Source: Candidatus Poseidoniaceae archaeon (lineage in GTDB: Archaea; Thermoplasmatota; Poseidoniia; Poseidoniales; Poseidoniaceae). Taken from it: a stretch of 26,739 nucleotides of DNA. Positions 23,714 through 26,739 of the stretch are shown here, piece after piece (position 1 is the first letter of the stretch; each line of letters opens with the position of its first letter). The position numbers were made by a program, and so were the translations under genes. Where the stretch lies: assembly GCA_022451765.1 (NCBI GenBank), contig JAKUNY010000001.1, forward strand, positions 1-26,739, in the 5' to 3' direction. Under the pieces are notes generated by a model that saw only the letters and a list, made by a program, of their open reading frames with translations, was not told where the DNA came from and did not search any database.

Positions 23714-25773
23714 CAGTAATCACCTCCAAACAACGTCGTTTGTTTTGTATCCCCTGTTGGATGAGCAACCTCCGATTGAGGAACAGCCTCTACAGTTTCA
23801 TCTTCTCCATCCGTATCCTCGATGTCTTCTTCCGGCGGTGGTGCAGCGGCGGCTTGTTCCTGACGGCGTATCTCATCAAGCAATTTTTCATCCATTTTTG
23901 TGGCACCAATAACTTCCTGGGAGCCTCGATAGAACACATCTGTTTCGTTCCAATCACCTTTCTCAAGGCCTTCCAGGCTGTATGTAATCACCGTTTGAGA
24001 ACCGGGCTGCAAGGTTTCGAGTTTCCATGCCCATACGCCGAGGGCCTCTTTTCGGCCTCCAAGTTCATTGCCAACCATCGCTGCGCCTTGACGCTCAGGC
24101 CAGTTGACAAGCATGGTGTACGATCGTGCCCGAGACGTATAGTTGTAGAGAATGATGTGAACATCGGTTTGTTTGGTCTCTTTGTTCCACGTCGTTGTTG
24201 TTTCCGCTATAACAGCAGACATAATTTTGGTAATCGAAGCTGCGAGGTCAGGAACTGGTAAATCGAGGAGCGATGCCGATTTCTCAGCAATTGCTGGGAT
24301 AATATCGTTAATGAGCTCGAATTTCTCTTTTGTTTTCCCCATTTTCTTCTGTTTTTCAAGATGCTTACGAAGCCCACGACCCATTTCGAGCATTGCCTTA
24401 CGAGCCTCTTCCATAACGTTCTCGTTATCCGACAGAGCTTCCTTGGCTTCTGAGGTAAACTGAACATTGGTGCTCGCTAGATGCACGAGAATGGCAGCGG
24501 GGCCCTTTGGGACACCTCTACCGCCCGCTTGGTCCAAACCATATTGGCGCCAATCAACGCTTTCAATCGCTTTCGTCAACAGGCACCCTCCCTGTTGGTA
24601 CATTAGAGGTACTCGATTCGCAAAGCGCAATATTTCAACGGGTTTGTCTGCAGCCATTCCTTCGCCAAAGATCAAACCAACTTCAACTTGGAAGGGATTT
24701 CCTTGTGTCACACTCGGCACGCGAGTCATGGTCGTTACAAATTTTGAATCAATGGTTTTCGAGAGCCCCTTTTTGATCAGCAATTCCTCAATTGGCGAAA
24801 GACATGATGTTGGCGGATTTAGCAATTTAACAGGCTTACCCTTCAGCAATCGTTCGCCCTGAAACGCTTCGAGCAAAGCTCGAACCTTCTGTGGAGAGAG
24901 GGATTTCGGTTTGAGCTTCTCTTCTAGTTCCGCAACCTCGCACAATTCCTTCGCTGCACGCCCAGAAACTCCAGAGAATGTGCGACGAAGAAACGTCGTC
25001 ATTCTCGACTCCCGAGATTCTGAGCAGAGTCGCTGTAATTGTCCCAATTCAATCCCATTTGGATGAGGTTTGATGGCTTCTACGCGCCCAGGAAGACGTT
25101 CTGTAACTCTCTGCCAGTGGTGTTTTTCACCGTCAGGATCAATGAACAAGATGTCTGCATGAGGATTGACAATGCTTGTCATACGTAGATACTGCCATAC
25201 CGATTGACGTCCACGTTGATATTTTGCTTTCATCTTTGTTTTGACCTTGAGCCCGTGAGCCTTTTCGCCCCAATCAATACGATCTTGATTCGATTTAATC
25301 GCCTTGTTCTTTCTCGTATCCAACCCAATATCAACTGAAACCGCCGTTGCTTCTTTCGCAATTTTTGATTCAACATGCGTCGGATCGCCGGTCGTCAATT
25401 GAGCATACATCACAACACCGGTGATTCCAATCCCCTGCTGGCCTCGTGATTGACGAATAGCATGAAACCGTGATCCGAACAACAATTGGCCAAACACTTT
25501 CTCAATGCTCGCCCTCGGTATGCCTGGTCCGTTGTCTTCAACCTCAAGCTGTAGAATGTCCTTCTTGTTATCGAGTTTGGTAATCTTCACGACAATATCG
25601 GGTAGAATTCGAGCTTCTTCACAGGCGTCCAGTGCGTTATCAACGGCTTCTTTGACTGCTGTAATTAAAGCCCGATTGAGGGTATCAAAACCAAGAAAAT
25701 GTTTGTTCTTTTCAAAAAACTCCGAAATAGCGACTTGCTTTTGATTTGCTGCCATCTTTTCTGCAATGCTCAT
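23713..25773 (-). CDS. top6B: DNA topoisomerase VI subunit B
   Basis: EFFEKN, GHKL motifs KEAVDNALDA, EDNGPGI, GSRFH..QSRGQQGIG; H2TH region; RFANRVPL, HLASTNVQFTSEAKE; C-terminal Ig-like domain and acidic tail. GAGGTGG SD upstream. Confidence 0.97.
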   Translation of the reverse strand: MSIAEKMAANQKQVAISEFFEKNKHFLGFDTLNRALITAVKEAVDNALDACEEARILPDIVVKITKLDNKKDILQLEVEDNGPGIPRASIEKVFGQLLFGSRFHAIRQSRGQQGIGITGVVMYAQLTTGDPTHVESKIAKEATAVSVDIGLDTRKNKAIKSNQDRIDWGEKAHGLKVKTKMKAKYQRGRQSVWQYLRMTSIVNPHADILFIDPDGEKHHWQRVTERLPGRVEAIKPHPNGIELGQLQRLCSESRESRMTTFLRRTFSGVSGRAAKELCEVAELEEKLKPKSLSPQKVRALLEAFQGERLLKGKPVKLLNPPTSCLSPIEELLIKKGLSKTIDSKFVTTMTRVPSVTQGNPFQVEVGLIFGEGMAADKPVEILRFANRVPLMYQQGGCLLTKAIESVDWRQYGLDQAGGRGVPKGPAAILVHLASTNVQFTSEAKEALSDNENVMEEARKAMLEMGRGLRKHLEKQKKMGKTKEKFELINDIIPAIAEKSASLLDLPVPDLAASITKIMSAVIAETTTTWNKETKQTDVHIILYNYTSRARSYTMLVNWPERQGAAMVGNELGGRKEALGVWAWKLETLQPGSQTVITYSLEGLEKGDWNETDVFYRGSQEVIGATKMDEKLLDEIRRQEQAAAAPPPEEDIEDTDGEDETVEAVPQSEVAHPTGDTKQTTLFGGDY

Positions 25774-25865
25774 GTTGACACATCCACCTCAGGTCCTCCT
25801 CCGTACATGACTTCGGGCCAGCAGGTAACAGCAGTTGGTCGGCGAAGATACTTGATGTTTCGGCC

Positions 25866-25881
25866 AAAAACAAAACAGAAA
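25866..25881 (-). terminator. Possible oligo(U) terminator after the aconitase-family gene
   Basis: TTTCTGTTTTGTTTTT on the minus strand about 62 nt past the stop at 25944. Archaeal terminators are U-tracts, but the position alone is weak evidence. Confidence 0.3.
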
Positions 25882-25943
25882 GGGTACAAATCGGAAAGCA
25901 TTGCCATTGGTCAATTTTATTGACGCATGCCGTTATGCAGCGA

Positions 25944-26738
25944 TTATAACGCATTCAGACCCCATGCTCGAATGGAACCTGTGAATGCACTCGTCGCTAC
26001 AGTGAGTGGACTTGCAAGATACAATTTGCCCGGGCCTGACCGCCCCTGAAAGTTTCTGTTGATGGCAGAAACCGTAACTTGTTCAGGCGTCATTGAAACA
26101 CCAGGGCCTGCTCCAATGCAAGCCCCACAACCGGGATCGATGAGTTTAACCCCAACATCCAGGAACAGCTGGTGCCAACCTTTTGAAACGGCGACATCTT
26201 TGACAATTCCCGAACCATACTGAATGTAAAAATCAACACCTTCTCTGACTGTGAGGCCTCGTTCTTTAGCTGCCTGGCACACTCTTGCGTAATACGCTAT
26301 ATCGTCAATTTTTCCGGCGGTGCAAGACCCGCCATAAGCGATGTCAATGGACACATCACCGATTTCATCGATGTAAGCGCCGTTGGTTGGGTCACTGGGA
26401 ATTCCTTCGTCTGGATTTCCAGGATGGGCAACCATTGGACGGATTGTGGAGAGGTCAATGTGGTGTACGCCTCCATGGTATTCTGCACCTTCATCAGGTT
26501 CGATGGCACGACTACGCTGTTCCGTCATATCGAGGTGAGACATTCGCCCTTCCATCCAATCGTAGAGAATGTCATCAGCTTCGCAAATCCCGGTTCTTGC
26601 TGAACACTCCGTAGCCATATTGCACAACGTAGCACGTTCATCCGCAGAAAGTGATTTCAGACCAGGCCCGCCAAATTCCATCGAGCGATTGAGCGTTAAT
26701 TCCTTTCTTGCGTGATCTGCAAGAATGTGGAGAATAAC
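25944..26738 (-). CDS. Aconitase-family [4Fe-4S] hydro-lyase (LeuC/HacA-type large-subunit domain), C-terminal part only
   Basis: LSADERATLCNMATE, GGSCTAGK, PGCGACIG (three cluster Cys), SAINRNFQGRSG, YLASPLTVA. The frame is open upstream of the track's Met to the window edge (VILHILADHARKELTLNRS). Confidence 0.9.
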   Translation of the reverse strand, partial: VILHILADHARKELTLNRSMEFGGPGLKSLSADERATLCNMATECSARTGICEADDILYDWMEGRMSHLDMTEQRSRAIEPDEGAEYHGGVHHIDLSTIRPMVAHPGNPDEGIPSDPTNGAYIDEIGDVSIDIAYGGSCTAGKIDDIAYYARVCQAAKERGLTVREGVDFYIQYGSGIVKDVAVSKGWHQLFLDVGVKLIDPGCGACIGAGPGVSMTPEQVTVSAINRNFQGRSGPGKLYLASPLTVATSAFTGSIRAWGLNAL

Positions 26739-26739
26739 G

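Noticed and set aside
23719-23730. C-terminal GG-DY of Top6B as a second Ubl-type di-glycine
   Set aside because: No beta-grasp context; the GG codons are the top6A Shine-Dalgarno.
22731-24261. Plus-strand ORFs of 229 and 195 aa
   Set aside because: Antisense to the clearly conserved top6A/top6B; no motifs.
25770-25907. 45-aa ORF (MAMLSDLYPF...VDVST) ending in an ATGA overlap with the top6B start
   Set aside because: No motif or SD, it crosses a U-tract, and its end is explained by the top6B SD. A uORF cannot be excluded but is unsupported.

Overview
Archaeal chromosomal window of mostly housekeeping and membrane genes. The gene content (Topo VI A/B, Dph5, Trm5, Rpo12, RFC-like ATPase, split GMP synthase, GGTGAT-type Shine-Dalgarno sites, a bacterial-type acyltransferase, a giant Ig/CARDB surface protein, Pro-rich tails) suggests Marine Group II Euryarchaeota (Ca. 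Poseidoniales); this assignment is inference. It holds about 23 protein genes, two of which (Rpo12 and a 49-aa zinc-ribbon ORF) fall below the ORF-track cut-off, and two intron-less tRNAs (Asp-GUC, Arg-CCU). I found no CRISPR array, integrase or transposase. The standout is 7508..8128: three divergent ubiquitin-like (SAMP/ThiS/MoaD-type) units head-to-tail, each ending in Val-Gly-Gly, with one extra Phe after the last Gly-Gly. This is the layout of a eukaryotic polyubiquitin precursor. Other candidates are a 1669-aa surface protein with integrin-alpha-like architecture, an adducin-like degenerate aldolase with a Pro-rich disordered arm, an SdhA-family flavoprotein with a remodelled active site, a gene split by a single in-frame TGA, and a zinc-ribbon ORF overlapping tRNA-Asp antisense. 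All family calls come from motif recognition by eye; no database searches were run.
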